Shown here piece after piece: positions 41,727-51,740 of a stretch of DNA of 54,893 bases; the stretch's first letter is position 1; every line of letters begins with the position of its first letter. Position numbers and translations under genes: made by a program. Under the pieces are notes generated by a model. The model did not search any database and was not told the origin of the DNA. It saw only the letters and a list, made by a program, of their open reading frames with translations. Origin of the DNA: a virus. Lineage: Duplodnaviria; Heunggongvirae; Uroviricota; Caudoviricetes. The stretch lies in IMG/VR virus record IMGVR_UViG_2880378312_000013. The stretch is one strand, 5' to 3'.

Positions 41727-42722
41727 TTACGCCAGTACGCCTATTGCCAGCGCACGATCGATAAAACGAAATATCAGCTCCAGCTGGGAGCCATACTTCT
41801 CTTCAAATGCCACGGTATCCGCATGCAGCTCGTCGTGATGCTTTCTGCACAAAGGCAACACAAAGAGGTCATGCGCTTTTGTACCCATTCCTCCCTGACC
41901 GTGACCTATCAGGTGGTGGGGATCATCAGCAGGCTTTCCACAACATGCACACGGCTGTGTCTTAACCCAGCGCGTGTACTTTTCATTAACCCAGCGGCGA
42001 CGTTTTGGGCGTAACATAAAAGACTCCGGCGACTCAGGATCCACTTTCAGCGCCAGCACCTTTTTCGCTTTATCCTGGATGATGCTGGTGGCAGGAACCG
42101 AAGGCACAAGGTCACTTTCCCGGGTAACAGACGGCACAACAGGCTTCGGTAATCTAAGTGCCTTACGGGCTGCACTTTCCGGTAAGGCATCCGCCAGGTC
42201 ATTACGAATCAGCCACCAGCACAGTTCCGGCATTGTCACAACGTGACTGTCATCAAAACCGAGATCCCGACGCACAACAGACAACACCCAGCGGGCACAG
42301 TTATCCGTTGCCATTGATTCCAGCCGTTCCGTGAACTGATCGCGCAGCTGGTTATCGCAGTGCCAGCACAGACGGATTGCGCCCGGAGCGTGTCGCATTG
42401 TGGTCATGTTCTCGCTGTGCCAGTCGGAATGAGGCCACTGGCAGCCTTTTTCACGAAGTAACCAGCTTTCAAGACATTCCACGCCACCAGCACGACGGAT
42501 CACTGCCTCATTGCGGAACACGGCCCGAACGGCAGGATCATCCGCCAGCGGTTGTGATGCCGCCGGAACGGCACCACTGGCGAAAGATGAATAACGTTCC
42601 GGCTCAGGCTCCAGCAGGACACGCCCCTGCATAAACAGGGGCATCAGCTCTGAACCTGGCCTGAACAATACGATCCCCATACGCGGGGCAATTTCAGGAG
42701 TCAGTAGTGCTCTCACGGTCAC
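41727..42722 (-). CDS. DUF968-like phage protein
   Basis: 331 aa with C-terminal Cys/His cluster (CACCGKPADDPHHLIGHGQGGMGTKAHDLFVLPLCRKHHDELH). Confidence 0.55.
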   Translation of the reverse strand: MTVRALLTPEIAPRMGIVLFRPGSELMPLFMQGRVLLEPEPERYSSFASGAVPAASQPLADDPAVRAVFRNEAVIRRAGGVECLESWLLREKGCQWPHSDWHSENMTTMRHAPGAIRLCWHCDNQLRDQFTERLESMATDNCARWVLSVVRRDLGFDDSHVVTMPELCWWLIRNDLADALPESAARKALRLPKPVVPSVTRESDLVPSVPATSIIQDKAKKVLALKVDPESPESFMLRPKRRRWVNEKYTRWVKTQPCACCGKPADDPHHLIGHGQGGMGTKAHDLFVLPLCRKHHDELHADTVAFEEKYGSQLELIFRFIDRALAIGVLA

Positions 42723-42723
42723 C

Positions 42724-43533
42724 TCAATGAACGGTATCGAGCAGCTTTAACAGCTCAGGGAATCGGGATTCGAAGAAATGCGGCTGCGTCTCGCGCGGAT
42801 TTGCGGGACTGGTGATGTTCTTGCCGAACATGCAGCCTTTCGCTGTCAGCGACCAGAATTTTTTGATGTTGTTAATCGCAGTGCGGCTGTATCGTTCACG
42901 TTGTTCAACGATCCCCAGCTTCGCCATCTGGTGATATGCCTGATTAGCTGTCAGGCGGATACCATACTGCTTCAGCAGTGCACTCAATGATAGCGTGGGG
43001 CGGCTTGAGCCATCAGGCGCGTCAGCAGGAGCATCAATGGCATAGCGCGGTGCCAGATTCGGTAAGCCAACAGCCTCCTGGAGTTTCTGACAGGCACCAA
43101 GCACTGAAGAGTTAGACAGGTTTAACTCCCGGCGCATAAAGTCCAGCAGGATCACGCCAGCCTGCATCTTGTCAGCAGCCTGTCCGGATAATTTTTCCGG
43201 TGCGCTGGTTACCATATCGAAAGTACGGATCACCTTCAGATGGAATGACGGGCTGATCCACATTGCATAGGCATACACCAGTTCCTTGCAGACATACGTT
43301 CCCCGTTCATTTCCCCCATGAATCACACTCACCGGGTCAACACCCAAATTCTGGGTGTTGGTCAATTCATGAACAAGCTCAACAGTTTGTTGGCTGGAAA
43401 GAAACTTTCCCGGCTCCTTGGTTCTGGCATTTGCACCAGATGCTACTGCTGCGCGATGCAGATCGTTCAGGCTGTAACGCCCATAAGCATCACGACGAAC
43501 TTCAATACCATCAATGACCATCAGATTATTCAT
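42724..43533 (-). CDS. KilA-N domain protein (antirepressor-like)
   Basis: N-terminal region MVIDGIEVRRDAYGRYSLNDLHRAA resembles the KilA-N DNA-binding domain. Confidence 0.6.
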   Translation of the reverse strand: MNNLMVIDGIEVRRDAYGRYSLNDLHRAAVASGANARTKEPGKFLSSQQTVELVHELTNTQNLGVDPVSVIHGGNERGTYVCKELVYAYAMWISPSFHLKVIRTFDMVTSAPEKLSGQAADKMQAGVILLDFMRRELNLSNSSVLGACQKLQEAVGLPNLAPRYAIDAPADAPDGSSRPTLSLSALLKQYGIRLTANQAYHQMAKLGIVEQRERYSRTAINNIKKFWSLTAKGCMFGKNITSPANPRETQPHFFESRFPELLKLLDTVH

Positions 43534-43552
43534 ACTTCGTTTCTCCTCTTAA

Positions 43553-43942
43553 TCAGGCGGCTGCACCCGCCGTTTTCTCGTACTTACTGATAGTGATCTC
43601 GACCTTCCCTTCCGGGATAACCGGTCCCCACTCCACCAGCATTCTTTTCACCTGACTGTCGTCTTCCCACACACCCGCGTGGGTCAGGGCGTCAAACAGC
43701 GCCTTGTTATAGTTGTCCAGATCGCGGATCCGGTTATCCGGAGGAAACAACACGATCTCCACTGAAGCAGGTGCCGACGTTGGTTTCGGCAGACGACGTA
43801 ACTGCTCAACTATTGCTGCGCACGCCGCGCTCTGGAATTTTCGCCCCGCCGCGCTTATCAGGCTCTTACCAGCAAACGCCCCTTTGTTGGGGTGTCGCCA
43901 GTACGTGTTCACGCTGGGCGGAAAAGGCAGGATCAGCTTCAT
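43553..43942 (-). CDS. rusA: RusA-family Holliday junction resolvase
   Basis: 129 aa; LPFPPSVNTYWRH...D...D...E pattern typical of RusA. Confidence 0.8.
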   Translation of the reverse strand: MKLILPFPPSVNTYWRHPNKGAFAGKSLISAAGRKFQSAACAAIVEQLRRLPKPTSAPASVEIVLFPPDNRIRDLDNYNKALFDALTHAGVWEDDSQVKRMLVEWGPVIPEGKVEITISKYEKTAGAAA

Positions 43943-44265
43943 ACTTTCAGGTCCCTCTCATGTAACCAGTGGGTTGCACGCAGCCTTGCGTTTTCCTCAC
44001 CGGCAAGCAGTGCGCGGATAATCCCGACCGCCTCGCTGTCGTCGTCCTTCACCGCGATATGAAGCGTTATCCCCCGGGCCACGCCACGCTTTATCGTGAT
44101 GACGCCTTTTTTCTCCAGTGCGCGAAGATGCTCCACCGCTGCATTCACTGAACGGTATCCCAGCATGGTTGCCACCTCCTGATTGGTTGGCGGGAAGCCA
44201 CGTTCTTTCTGATAAGAAATCAGCATATCCAGCACCTGCTGCTGGCATTGAGTTAACGTCGTCAT
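43939..44265 (-). CDS. LexA-N-terminal-like DNA-binding protein
   Basis: LTQCQQQVLDMLISYQKERGFPPTNQEVATMLGYRSVNAAVEHLRALEKKGVI resembles the LexA winged HTH; no peptidase domain. Confidence 0.6.
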   Translation of the reverse strand: MTTLTQCQQQVLDMLISYQKERGFPPTNQEVATMLGYRSVNAAVEHLRALEKKGVITIKRGVARGITLHIAVKDDDSEAVGIIRALLAGEENARLRATHWLHERDLKV

Positions 44266-44948
44266 GCCGCCATCTCCCTGACCAGTTTTTCTGCCTGCTG
44301 GCGAACCTGCGCCAGAAAGGCCTCACCACATGCCTCAAGTTCATAGCGCCCGATGTAGCTGATTGCCGGTCCCTTCCAGGTCTTGTCGAAAACAGCAATA
44401 GCACCAGCGAAGAAAGCGCCTGTCGGCACCTGCTTCTCATCCTTCGGGATAAACCAGGCAGGCAGTTCAAAACCAATACGCCCGCGAATAAAAGCAATAT
44501 GATCTGCATCTTCCGGCCACCACACTTCGCTGGTGGCAGCTTTGATCAGGAAAACATAGCGCCCGCCTTTATCACGCATGGCACTGGCATGCTTCATGAT
44601 GTAACGCATGCCGGTGATGTATTGCCCCTCATGCTGACTGGCGCGGCTGTATGGGGGATTACCAAAGGCAGCACCTTTAAGCTCCGCAAGACGTTCTGAC
44701 CAGTCATGCGCCAGCGCGTTGTCTTCCGCAGTGTAATAAGCGGCACATTTGGCGTTATCACCGTCAGTGAACAGATCCAGAACAAACGGGCCAAACAGGG
44801 TGTTAATTCCCCAGAAAATGTTGTCCGGCGTGCGCCACTGATCGCCCACTTCCTTCAGTTCATGGGCTGGTTTGTTCCGCAGCTCCACCAGCGCCTGGCA
44901 ATATTTATTACTCATTAAGCCCCCACGTAATTCCCTGACAGATACCAC
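44262..44948 (-). CDS. phage N6-adenine DNA methyltransferase
   Basis: NPPY catalytic motif (AFGNPPYS) and upstream nucleotide-binding region. Confidence 0.8.
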   Translation of the reverse strand: MVSVRELRGGLMSNKYCQALVELRNKPAHELKEVGDQWRTPDNIFWGINTLFGPFVLDLFTDGDNAKCAAYYTAEDNALAHDWSERLAELKGAAFGNPPYSRASQHEGQYITGMRYIMKHASAMRDKGGRYVFLIKAATSEVWWPEDADHIAFIRGRIGFELPAWFIPKDEKQVPTGAFFAGAIAVFDKTWKGPAISYIGRYELEACGEAFLAQVRQQAEKLVREMAA

Positions 44949-45409
44949 TCTTCACCCGATACAGCGCGCTTGCTGCTTTTCCGTAAGCACCGCTCACAAC
45001 GCGCCAGAAAATTGTTTCGTTCTGGCTGGGAGTGGCTTTCACGGAATGCCGCCATCCACACCGTTGCAGCACGACGGTATAAGCCCCTGGACTCCAGTTC
45101 TTCAGCCTGGCGGGTCAGGCACAAAATCACCCGGGGATCGTTAGTGCCGACATAGAAATTGCGCACAGGTCTGGTTTCACGAACTGGTTGTGGTTCCGGC
45201 TCCTGCGCTCTCTCAGTCAGGCGCGGGAAATGTCTGCGTGTATCCCCTTCACAACGGTGAGCCACACGCCCACTCTGACGTAACTTGCTTGCAGACTGCA
45301 GAACGCGCTGCCGTGAGTAACCTGCAAAAGCATCCGCAATGTCTCCGGAAGTACAGCCCGGATGGGCTTCAATGAATTTCTGAACGTCATTCAAAAGACT
45401 CATGCTCAC
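44915..45409 (-). CDS. hypothetical protein (replication region)
   Basis: 164-aa ORF downstream of the initiator gene. Confidence 0.4.
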   Translation of the reverse strand: MSMSLLNDVQKFIEAHPGCTSGDIADAFAGYSRQRVLQSASKLRQSGRVAHRCEGDTRRHFPRLTERAQEPEPQPVRETRPVRNFYVGTNDPRVILCLTRQAEELESRGLYRRAATVWMAAFRESHSQPERNNFLARCERCLRKSSKRAVSGEEWYLSGNYVGA

Positions 45410-46347
45410 CCCCTGAATCCTGCCGGGATCTGGCTGTAGTCCACGTTGTCGTAACTGGCTTTGAAGTACGGGTCCTCGCGTTTTTCGGTGTACGTGCTGA
45501 CGGACGGCGATAAGCGCAGGGAAAGCTCATCCCATTTTTCCCGCAGCTTCGACGGGCTGAGCACGTTACGGCACCAGAACGGATCGCGACTGACGCGGCT
45601 GTACATCTCGCAGATTTGTTTATGAGTACGACCATCCTGCACACACATCAGGCGAATTTCGTTTGCCCAGGCTGTCCAGTTCGGTTCTTTGGGACGAACC
45701 ACCTCGCCGTCACATTCGGCGGCATGCTCGTACAGGGCGATGATTTTTTTCCAGAGCCACTGTGCACAGGTCAAATCATCCTGCGTCCCCCACTGGCGCT
45801 TTTTAGGGCTGAATACAACCGCATCAGGATGGCGAGTTAAAAAATCCTGTTCATCCGTCTGCGTGTCCGGTTGCGAAGCGTCCGGACGAGAAGGTTTTTT
45901 ATCTGACGGATCATGTTTTGATTTTACTGACGGATCCCCGCCAGATTCTGACGGGTGAAAACCCGCTTTTTTGCCAGATTTCGACGCATCAAATTTTGAC
46001 GGGTCAGATTTTGATGCGTCAGATTTTGACGGGTCAGAATCTGACAGTTGAGAAAATGCCGCTGCCTGAAGCTTCGCAACGTTAAGCTGATAAACATTCG
46101 ACGCATTGCGGTTACCCTGGCGACGCGCCTTACGCGTTAACCAGCCTTCTGCTTCCAGCCGTGCGATAGCCGTTCTGACGGTGCTCATCCCCGCGCCAAT
46201 CTGGCGGGCAATGGTTTCAATTGATGGCCAGCACACACCTTCGTCATTACTGAAATCAGCCAGGCGGGCCATAATTGCCACGCTGGATAACTTCATGCCT
46301 GACGCAGCGCAACCATCCCATACATAGCCGGTTAATTTAGTGCTCAT
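45406..46347 (-). CDS. replication initiator, lambda O-like (contains iterons)
   Basis: N-terminal HTH-like region, internal amino-acid repeats (DPSKSDASKSDPSKFDASKS) encoded by DNA iterons, acidic linker. Confidence 0.65.
   Translation of the reverse strand: MSTKLTGYVWDGCAASGMKLSSVAIMARLADFSNDEGVCWPSIETIARQIGAGMSTVRTAIARLEAEGWLTRKARRQGNRNASNVYQLNVAKLQAAAFSQLSDSDPSKSDASKSDPSKFDASKSGKKAGFHPSESGGDPSVKSKHDPSDKKPSRPDASQPDTQTDEQDFLTRHPDAVVFSPKKRQWGTQDDLTCAQWLWKKIIALYEHAAECDGEVVRPKEPNWTAWANEIRLMCVQDGRTHKQICEMYSRVSRDPFWCRNVLSPSKLREKWDELSLRLSPSVSTYTEKREDPYFKASYDNVDYSQIPAGFRG
45900..46050. repeat. iteron cluster (candidate replication origin) inside the O-like gene
   Basis: About six copies of GAT(T/C)TGACGG(G/A)TC-like repeats in direct and inverted orientation. 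Confidence 0.55.
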
Positions 46348-46356
46348 GACCGACCT

Positions 46357-46695
46357 CTATTTCCCTGAATTTACGACGAAACTGTTCGAGCGGGCTGAAG
46401 CACTCATGCTCATAGCCTTCGCGGAGGTAGATAACCCGTTGTGTTTCCGGTTCCCAACGAATGACTCTGACGGGCACTCCGTAGTGATCTTTGAACCAGC
46501 GGTTAACTTGTCGCAAAGGACTGTCTCCTTTTGCCTGTTGAAATCACCCACAGCCCACTCTGCAAAGCTGTGGGTTACAATTTCCCTGTCACCTGGTACA
46601 TTCACTGCATAGCAATACTCCACCTTCGCTTTTCCACCCGGTACAGGAAGTGCAATCAGTTGCGAGCGACGGTAGTGTGTTGTTAAACTGTTCAT
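46357..46695 (-). CDS. hypothetical protein
   Basis: 112-aa ORF between CII-like and O-like genes. Confidence 0.35.
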   Translation of the reverse strand: MNSLTTHYRRSQLIALPVPGGKAKVEYCYAVNVPGDREIVTHSFAEWAVGDFNRQKETVLCDKLTAGSKITTECPSESFVGNRKHNGLSTSAKAMSMSASARSNSFVVNSGK

Positions 46696-47243
46696 GCGTT
46701 AGTTTCTCCACAGTCACGACACGCCACGGCGCCCGGAGCTGCACACTCGCGGGCGTCATTACTTTCTGAAATGCAAAAAATTTTGTAGACCAGTGCTGCA
46801 TGCTCCTGCAGCTTCGAAATTGAGAGGTACAGCTCGTCGTTAATTGCTGTCTTCTCATGCGGTTCCACTACACCGTCTTCAATTGCTGAACGAATCTGTT
46901 TTGAATAACTGCCGATCTGTTCAATGACCTCCAGCAGGCGTTGGTTGATATCGGCGTTGTCCACATCCTCGACATCAGGAAGAGACACAAAGACGCCATT
47001 TGCAGACTGCGCCACAGCGTCAGCAATGAAGTGAGTTCCACCAGCACGTTGCAAAATCATTGCCCATCCCAGCGGGAAAATCTGATCGCCATCGGCACGA
47101 AGGCGGTTAAATAATGCGTTCTCTGTTACATCCAGCCAGTCAGCAGCTTCAGCGTACCCCCCCGGCAACGCTGCGATAGTTTTTCTGACAGCTTTCACGT
47201 ACCACTCAGGCTGTTTTTCTACTTTCCAGTGATGCTTACCCAC
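46692..47243 (-). CDS. phage regulatory protein (CII/YdaT-like)
   Basis: 183 aa immediately downstream of the cro-like gene. Confidence 0.45.
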   Translation of the reverse strand: MGKHHWKVEKQPEWYVKAVRKTIAALPGGYAEAADWLDVTENALFNRLRADGDQIFPLGWAMILQRAGGTHFIADAVAQSANGVFVSLPDVEDVDNADINQRLLEVIEQIGSYSKQIRSAIEDGVVEPHEKTAINDELYLSISKLQEHAALVYKIFCISESNDARECAAPGAVACRDCGETNA

Positions 47244-47496
47244 GGTTCACCTCCTGTTCCTGTGGTTTAAACCCATTCTGGTTTTGGCTAGATTGAAAAC
47301 GTGCCGGATAAAGAATCTGCATTTCGCTGACTTCACCCTTAAAAAAATTGGCTAAACGTTCTGCAAGCTCGATAGATGGAATCTGCTCCAGCCTCTCAAT
47401 ACGACTCAACGTCGCTGGATTGACTTGAACACCCGCAGCAACATGCTGCAAAGTGAAACCATGCGCCTTACGCACATTTCGTAATGGTGATTGCAT
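47236..47496 (-). CDS. Cro-like HTH repressor
   Basis: 86 aa with XRE-type HTH (FTLQHVAAGVQVNPATLSRIERLEQIPS), divergent from the cI-like gene. Confidence 0.7.
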   Translation of the reverse strand: MQSPLRNVRKAHGFTLQHVAAGVQVNPATLSRIERLEQIPSIELAERLANFFKGEVSEMQILYPARFQSSQNQNGFKPQEQEVNRG

Positions 47497-47593
47497 ACGC
47501 CCTCCAAATATTGCGCGTTATGCATGTTATTTCACGCAATTATTTTGCGCAAGTTGATTTGCTTATCACGCAATAAAGAAATGTAATAAACGC
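47497..47593. promoter_or_regulatory. divergent promoter/operator region of the immunity switch
   Basis: Intergenic region between divergent cro-like and cI-like genes with repeated TCACGCAAT and palindromic TTGCGCAA motifs. Confidence 0.5.
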
Positions 47594-48286
47594 ATGAACA
47601 TAGGAAACCGAGTCAGACAACTTCGCCAAGCGAAGAACATGAAAATCGCCGATCTCGCTGAAGCGATAGGAGTAGATGCGGCGAACATCTCGCGCTTAGA
47701 AACGGGTAAGCAAAAACAATTTACCGAACAAACACTGAGTAATATTGCCAAGAGCTTAGGTGTTGATATTGCTGATCTCTTTACCTCTGCCCACAAAAGT
47801 AATACTGTATATAAAAACAGTAATAATGAGGATGTTGCGCAGGTGAAGGATGTGTTCCGTATTGAAATGCTGGATATCAGTGCCAGTGCGGGAAATGGCC
47901 TTATCCAGGGCGGTGATGTCATTGATGTGATTCATGCCATCGAATACAGAACTGATAATGCTGTATCAATGTTCGGCGGACGACCAGCCAATCACATCAA
48001 AGTTATCAACGTTCGTGGGGACAGTATGTGTCCAACCATTGAGCCAGGAGATCTCATCTTCGTTGATGTCAGCATCAATCAGTTTGATGGTGATGGTATA
48101 TATGTCTTTGGTTTTGATGACAAAATATACGTTAAAAGACTTCAAATGATTCCTGACAAACTGCTGGTGATTTCTGATAACCAGATTTACCGTGAATGGG
48201 GAATTACTAGCGAAAACGAACACCGATTCATGGTCTTTGGAAAGGTCTTAATCAGTCAGTCGCAAACCCTTAAGAGACATAATTAA
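47594..48286 (+). CDS. CI-like repressor (HTH + S24 LexA-type peptidase)
   Basis: N-terminal XRE HTH and C-terminal S24 domain with Ser (GDSMCPTI) and Lys (VKRL). Confidence 0.85.
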   Translation: MNIGNRVRQLRQAKNMKIADLAEAIGVDAANISRLETGKQKQFTEQTLSNIAKSLGVDIADLFTSAHKSNTVYKNSNNEDVAQVKDVFRIEMLDISASAGNGLIQGGDVIDVIHAIEYRTDNAVSMFGGRPANHIKVINVRGDSMCPTIEPGDLIFVDVSINQFDGDGIYVFGFDDKIYVKRLQMIPDKLLVISDNQIYREWGITSENEHRFMVFGKVLISQSQTLKRHN

Positions 48287-48563
48287 CCTCAATATCCCAT
48301 CCATCGGCCACCGAAAGGTGGCTTTTTATTACCTATAAATTTGCATATCTCGCAAATACCACTTGCATATCTCGCAATTTAATTTTATCTTTTATTCCAG
48401 ACCAACTACAGGATTACAACAAAATCTGGTTGCAACACGGTGCATGTGTCGTAAGCAGTCAGTAAATGTCAAAAACGAACAGGCAGGACGCCCACGAAGT
48501 AGCCGCCTGGGGCATATGAAGTCCAGGATGATTCGTTGAGTCATGTTGTGCCACTAGGCACTC

Positions 48564-48860
48564 ATGTTAAAGCAGGTGTATGAAATGAAAGTCCAGATTT
48601 TAAACAATAACTGTGAAGTCGTTTGGTCATACGACATAGCCGCCCCTGTAGATCAGAGCGGCGATAGCTGGACCAATGGGAAACATCAGATTATGGCTGG
48701 AGTTGTGTTCTCTTTACGCCGTGCTTTAGAACAGGCTGAAGTCTTTCCATCAGACCCTGAATGGAAATGGCCTTTTTCTATTTGTCCAAATTCGGAGAGT
48801 ACATTTCAGAAAATTGGTCAGAAAGTCGCACTCGAAGAGCATCAGCCAACTGTTTCCTGA
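48564..48860 (+). CDS. hypothetical protein
   Basis: 98-aa ORF downstream of cI. Confidence 0.35.
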   Translation: MLKQVYEMKVQILNNNCEVVWSYDIAAPVDQSGDSWTNGKHQIMAGVVFSLRRALEQAEVFPSDPEWKWPFSICPNSESTFQKIGQKVALEEHQPTVS

Positions 48861-48995
48861 TTTTTTCAGGTAACTCGTCGGCATCGCAGAAACAACAACG
48901 CTCGATCATGTTGAAAGCCGATTCGTAGAACTGTTTTTGCTGAGTGTCGCTGATGAACCGCCCCGGTTTTCCTGGAGAGTGTTTTATCTGTGAAC

Positions 48996-49883
48996 TCAGG
49001 CTGCCAGATCATCGTTTCTGATGGAAGCATAATAAGCTTTTTCTGCTTCTGCCGGAGGGATATGACCCAGCCTTCCCAGCAATCGTCGATTGTTATACCA
49101 GTCCACCCACGTGAGTGTGGCCAGTTCCACTTCTGCACGGTTTTTCCAGCTCTTACGGTGTATTACCTCCGCTTTGTAAAGACCATTGATGCTCTCCGCC
49201 ATCGCGTTGTCATACGAGTCACCTGTACTCCCTGTTGATGCCAGCAGTTTTGCTTCTTTTAGTCGCTCCGTATAGGCCAGTGATACATACTGAGAACCTT
49301 TATCACTGTGATGGACTGTGCCGGACGGCCGACGGGCCCACAACGCCTGCTCCAGTGCATCCAGCACGAATGTCGTTTCCATAGACGATGAGACTCGCCA
49401 CCCCACGATACATCCGGAAAACACATCAATGATGAACGCCACATAGACGAAGCCCTGCCATGTGCTGACGTAAGTAAAATCAGCCACCCACAGCTGGTCA
49501 GGACGTTCTGCCACGAACTGACGGTTTACGCGGTCGCCTGCGGAAACGGCTTTCCGGCTGACGGTAGTACGGACCTTTTTACCCCGGAGAACACCGGCAA
49601 GTCCCATAACCGCCATGAGGCGCGCCACTGTACATCTGGCCACCCTGATACCTTCGCGTAACAACTGGCGCCAGACTTTACGCACACCGTACACCTGATG
49701 ATTTTCATCGTATACGCGCTGTATCTCTCTCTTCAGCCAGTCATCGCGCTGCGCACGGGCACTGCGTTTATCCGGATGATGTCGCTGTTGCTGACAGTGG
49801 TAATACGTTGACGGGGCAATATGCAGTTCACTGCATACCGGTCCGACCCCGTACTGCTCACGCAGCTTATCCAGCAGCGGCAT
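48996..49883 (-). CDS. IS3-family transposase orfB (DDE integrase core)
   Basis: 295 aa with rve-type catalytic core. Confidence 0.9.
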   Translation of the reverse strand: MPLLDKLREQYGVGPVCSELHIAPSTYYHCQQQRHHPDKRSARAQRDDWLKREIQRVYDENHQVYGVRKVWRQLLREGIRVARCTVARLMAVMGLAGVLRGKKVRTTVSRKAVSAGDRVNRQFVAERPDQLWVADFTYVSTWQGFVYVAFIIDVFSGCIVGWRVSSSMETTFVLDALEQALWARRPSGTVHHSDKGSQYVSLAYTERLKEAKLLASTGSTGDSYDNAMAESINGLYKAEVIHRKSWKNRAEVELATLTWVDWYNNRRLLGRLGHIPPAEAEKAYYASIRNDDLAA

Positions 49884-50209
49884 TATTTTTTCCAGAGGCG
49901 GTCGAACTCCGCCTTCGCAAAATAAGCGGAAGCCTGGCGAAGGATATCGTTACTGCGGCGCAGTTCACGATTTTCACGTTCCAGCTCTTTCAGACGCTGA
50001 CGTTCAGCGGTGGTGAGTCCACCATCACCGCCCCCGGTATCCCGCTCATGCTGACGAACCCACACACGCAGAGTCTCTGGTGTACAGCCAATCTTTGGGG
50101 CAATGGAACAAATTGCCGCCCATTGTGAGTCATATTCGCCCTGACTTTCCAGAACCATACGGACTGCCCGTTGACGGACCTCGGGGGAAAAACGTGTATT
50201 TTTAGTCAT
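49883..50209 (-). CDS. IS3-family transposase orfA (HTH)
   Basis: 108 aa, [19 protein letters not shown]..., leucine-zipper-like C-terminus. Confidence 0.9.
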   Translation of the reverse strand: MTKNTRFSPEVRQRAVRMVLESQGEYDSQWAAICSIAPKIGCTPETLRVWVRQHERDTGGGDGGLTTAERQRLKELERENRELRRSNDILRQASAYFAKAEFDRLWKK

Positions 50210-50823
50210 CCTGTTTACCTCTTTCTCAGGGAGTTTAGTCTCCAGGATTCCCGGGGCGGTTCACTGAGACAGGAAAAGAGCGACGTTACGATGATTTTAT
50301 TAATTGCATTATCAAGTTCTTTTTCATCAAAAGTCATTTGATTTTCCTTTTATGTATACGGGCTTAAAAGGATACCACCGAGCCTGAAGTGGTGAAAAGA
50401 CAGGCACATAACAGCTAAGTATTTTCAACCAGAGAGAATCCTTAGCGTTGTGGTGAATGCGGCTCAGCGCACGCGGGTTAAGGTTGAGGCTGACAGTCGA
50501 CCTTCTGTGGATACCCACCCGCCTGGTGTGCAACCTTCGCCAGGCACCGGGAGGCACCCGGCACCACAACTTTATGCTGTGTGTAGTCTTAGCGGTACCA
50601 GCTTGTACCCTTGCTTCCGGCTGGTACCGTCCTTTTTACAAAACAGAGAAGAGCATCACCGGACGACGGGCTCATAACCCAATCCATCCGGGCGGCTGCC
50701 ACCGCAGGTGTTCTTCTCTGTTTTGTGGAGAAACTAACCGCCCCTACGGGGGCATTTATGGAAATGTAATTGACTCAATAATCGCCGGACGGTGAGGGCT
50801 TCCTTTTACCCGAATTCAGCGCG

Positions 50824-51387
50824 GTGCAGCGCATATACGTGGAGAACAAAATGTCATTTATTAAAACTTTTTCCGGGAAGCATTTTTATTATGACAGGAT
50901 AAATAAAGACGACATCGTTATTAACGATATCGCGGTTTCCCTTTCAAATATCTGTCGCTTTGCAGGACATCTTTCACACTTCTACAGTGTCGCCCAACAT
51001 GCGGTGCTTTGCAGCCAGCTGGTGCCACAGGAATTTGCTTTTGAAGCTTTAATGCATGATGCAACAGAAGCATATTGCCAGGACATCCCCGCACCACTGA
51101 AACGACTTCTTCCTGACTATAAACGGATGGAAGAAAAAATAGACGCCGTAATACGTGAGAAATACGGGTTACCTCCTGTTATGAGCACGCCAGTGAAATA
51201 TGCCGATCTCATTATGCTGGCAACCGAACGCCGCGATCTCGGGCTTGATGATGGCTCTTTCTGGCCTGTACTGGAAGGTATCCCGGCAACAGAGATGTTC
51301 AAAGTGATTCCACAGGCACCGGGCCATGCCTACGGGATGTTTATGGAACGTTTTAACGAGTTATCGGAGTTACGCAAATGCGCATGA
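50824..51387 (+). CDS. HD-domain phosphohydrolase (YfdR-like)
   Basis: HD motif region (FAGHLSHFYSVAQHAVL...LMHDATEAY); likely start MSFIKTF. Confidence 0.8.
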   Translation: MQRIYVENKMSFIKTFSGKHFYYDRINKDDIVINDIAVSLSNICRFAGHLSHFYSVAQHAVLCSQLVPQEFAFEALMHDATEAYCQDIPAPLKRLLPDYKRMEEKIDAVIREKYGLPPVMSTPVKYADLIMLATERRDLGLDDGSFWPVLEGIPATEMFKVIPQAPGHAYGMFMERFNELSELRKCA

Positions 51388-51740
51388 ATGTTTTCGAAAT
51401 GGAAGGGTTTCTTCGTGGGAGATGTGTACCGCGAGATCTGAAAGTGAATGAAACAGATGCTGAATACCTGGTGCGTAAATTCGATGCGCTTGAAGCTAAA
51501 TGTGCAGCACAGGAAAACAAAGTAATACCAGTGTCAACTGAACTGCCACCAGCAAATGAAAGTGTTTTGTTATTCGATGCTAACGGAGAAGGCTGGCTAA
51601 TTGGCTGGCGTTCTCTCTGGTACACCTGGGGACAAAAAGAAACCGGAGAATGGCAGTGGACATTTCAGGTCGGGGACCTTGAAAACGTCAATATCACTCA
51701 CTGGGCAGTAATGCCAAAAGCACCGGAGGCTGGAGCATAA
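51378..51740 (+). CDS. DUF551-like phage protein
   Basis: 120 aa, Trp-rich C-terminus (WLIGWRSLWYTWGQKETGEWQW). Confidence 0.45.
   Translation: MRMNVFEMEGFLRGRCVPRDLKVNETDAEYLVRKFDALEAKCAAQENKVIPVSTELPPANESVLLFDANGEGWLIGWRSLWYTWGQKETGEWQWTFQVGDLENVNITHWAVMPKAPEAGA

Larger units (their letters stand above)
48954..50263 (-). mobile_element. IS629-like insertion sequence (IS3 family), about 1310 bp
   Basis: Terminal inverted repeats TGAACCGCCCCGG...CCGGGGCGGTTCA, 5'-TG...CA-3' ends, flanking 4-bp direct repeat CTGA, orfA/orfB inside. Confidence 0.85.

Noticed and set aside
50450-50795. Two overlapping plus-strand ORFs in the GC-rich region upstream of the HD-domain gene
   Set aside because: Translations are Arg/Pro/Cys-rich and non-protein-like; the region is better explained as structured noncoding DNA or a decayed gene.
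50400-50820. Retron msr/msd hypothesis for the stem-rich GC-rich region
   Set aside because: No reverse transcriptase gene is adjacent; the downstream gene is an HD-domain hydrolase.
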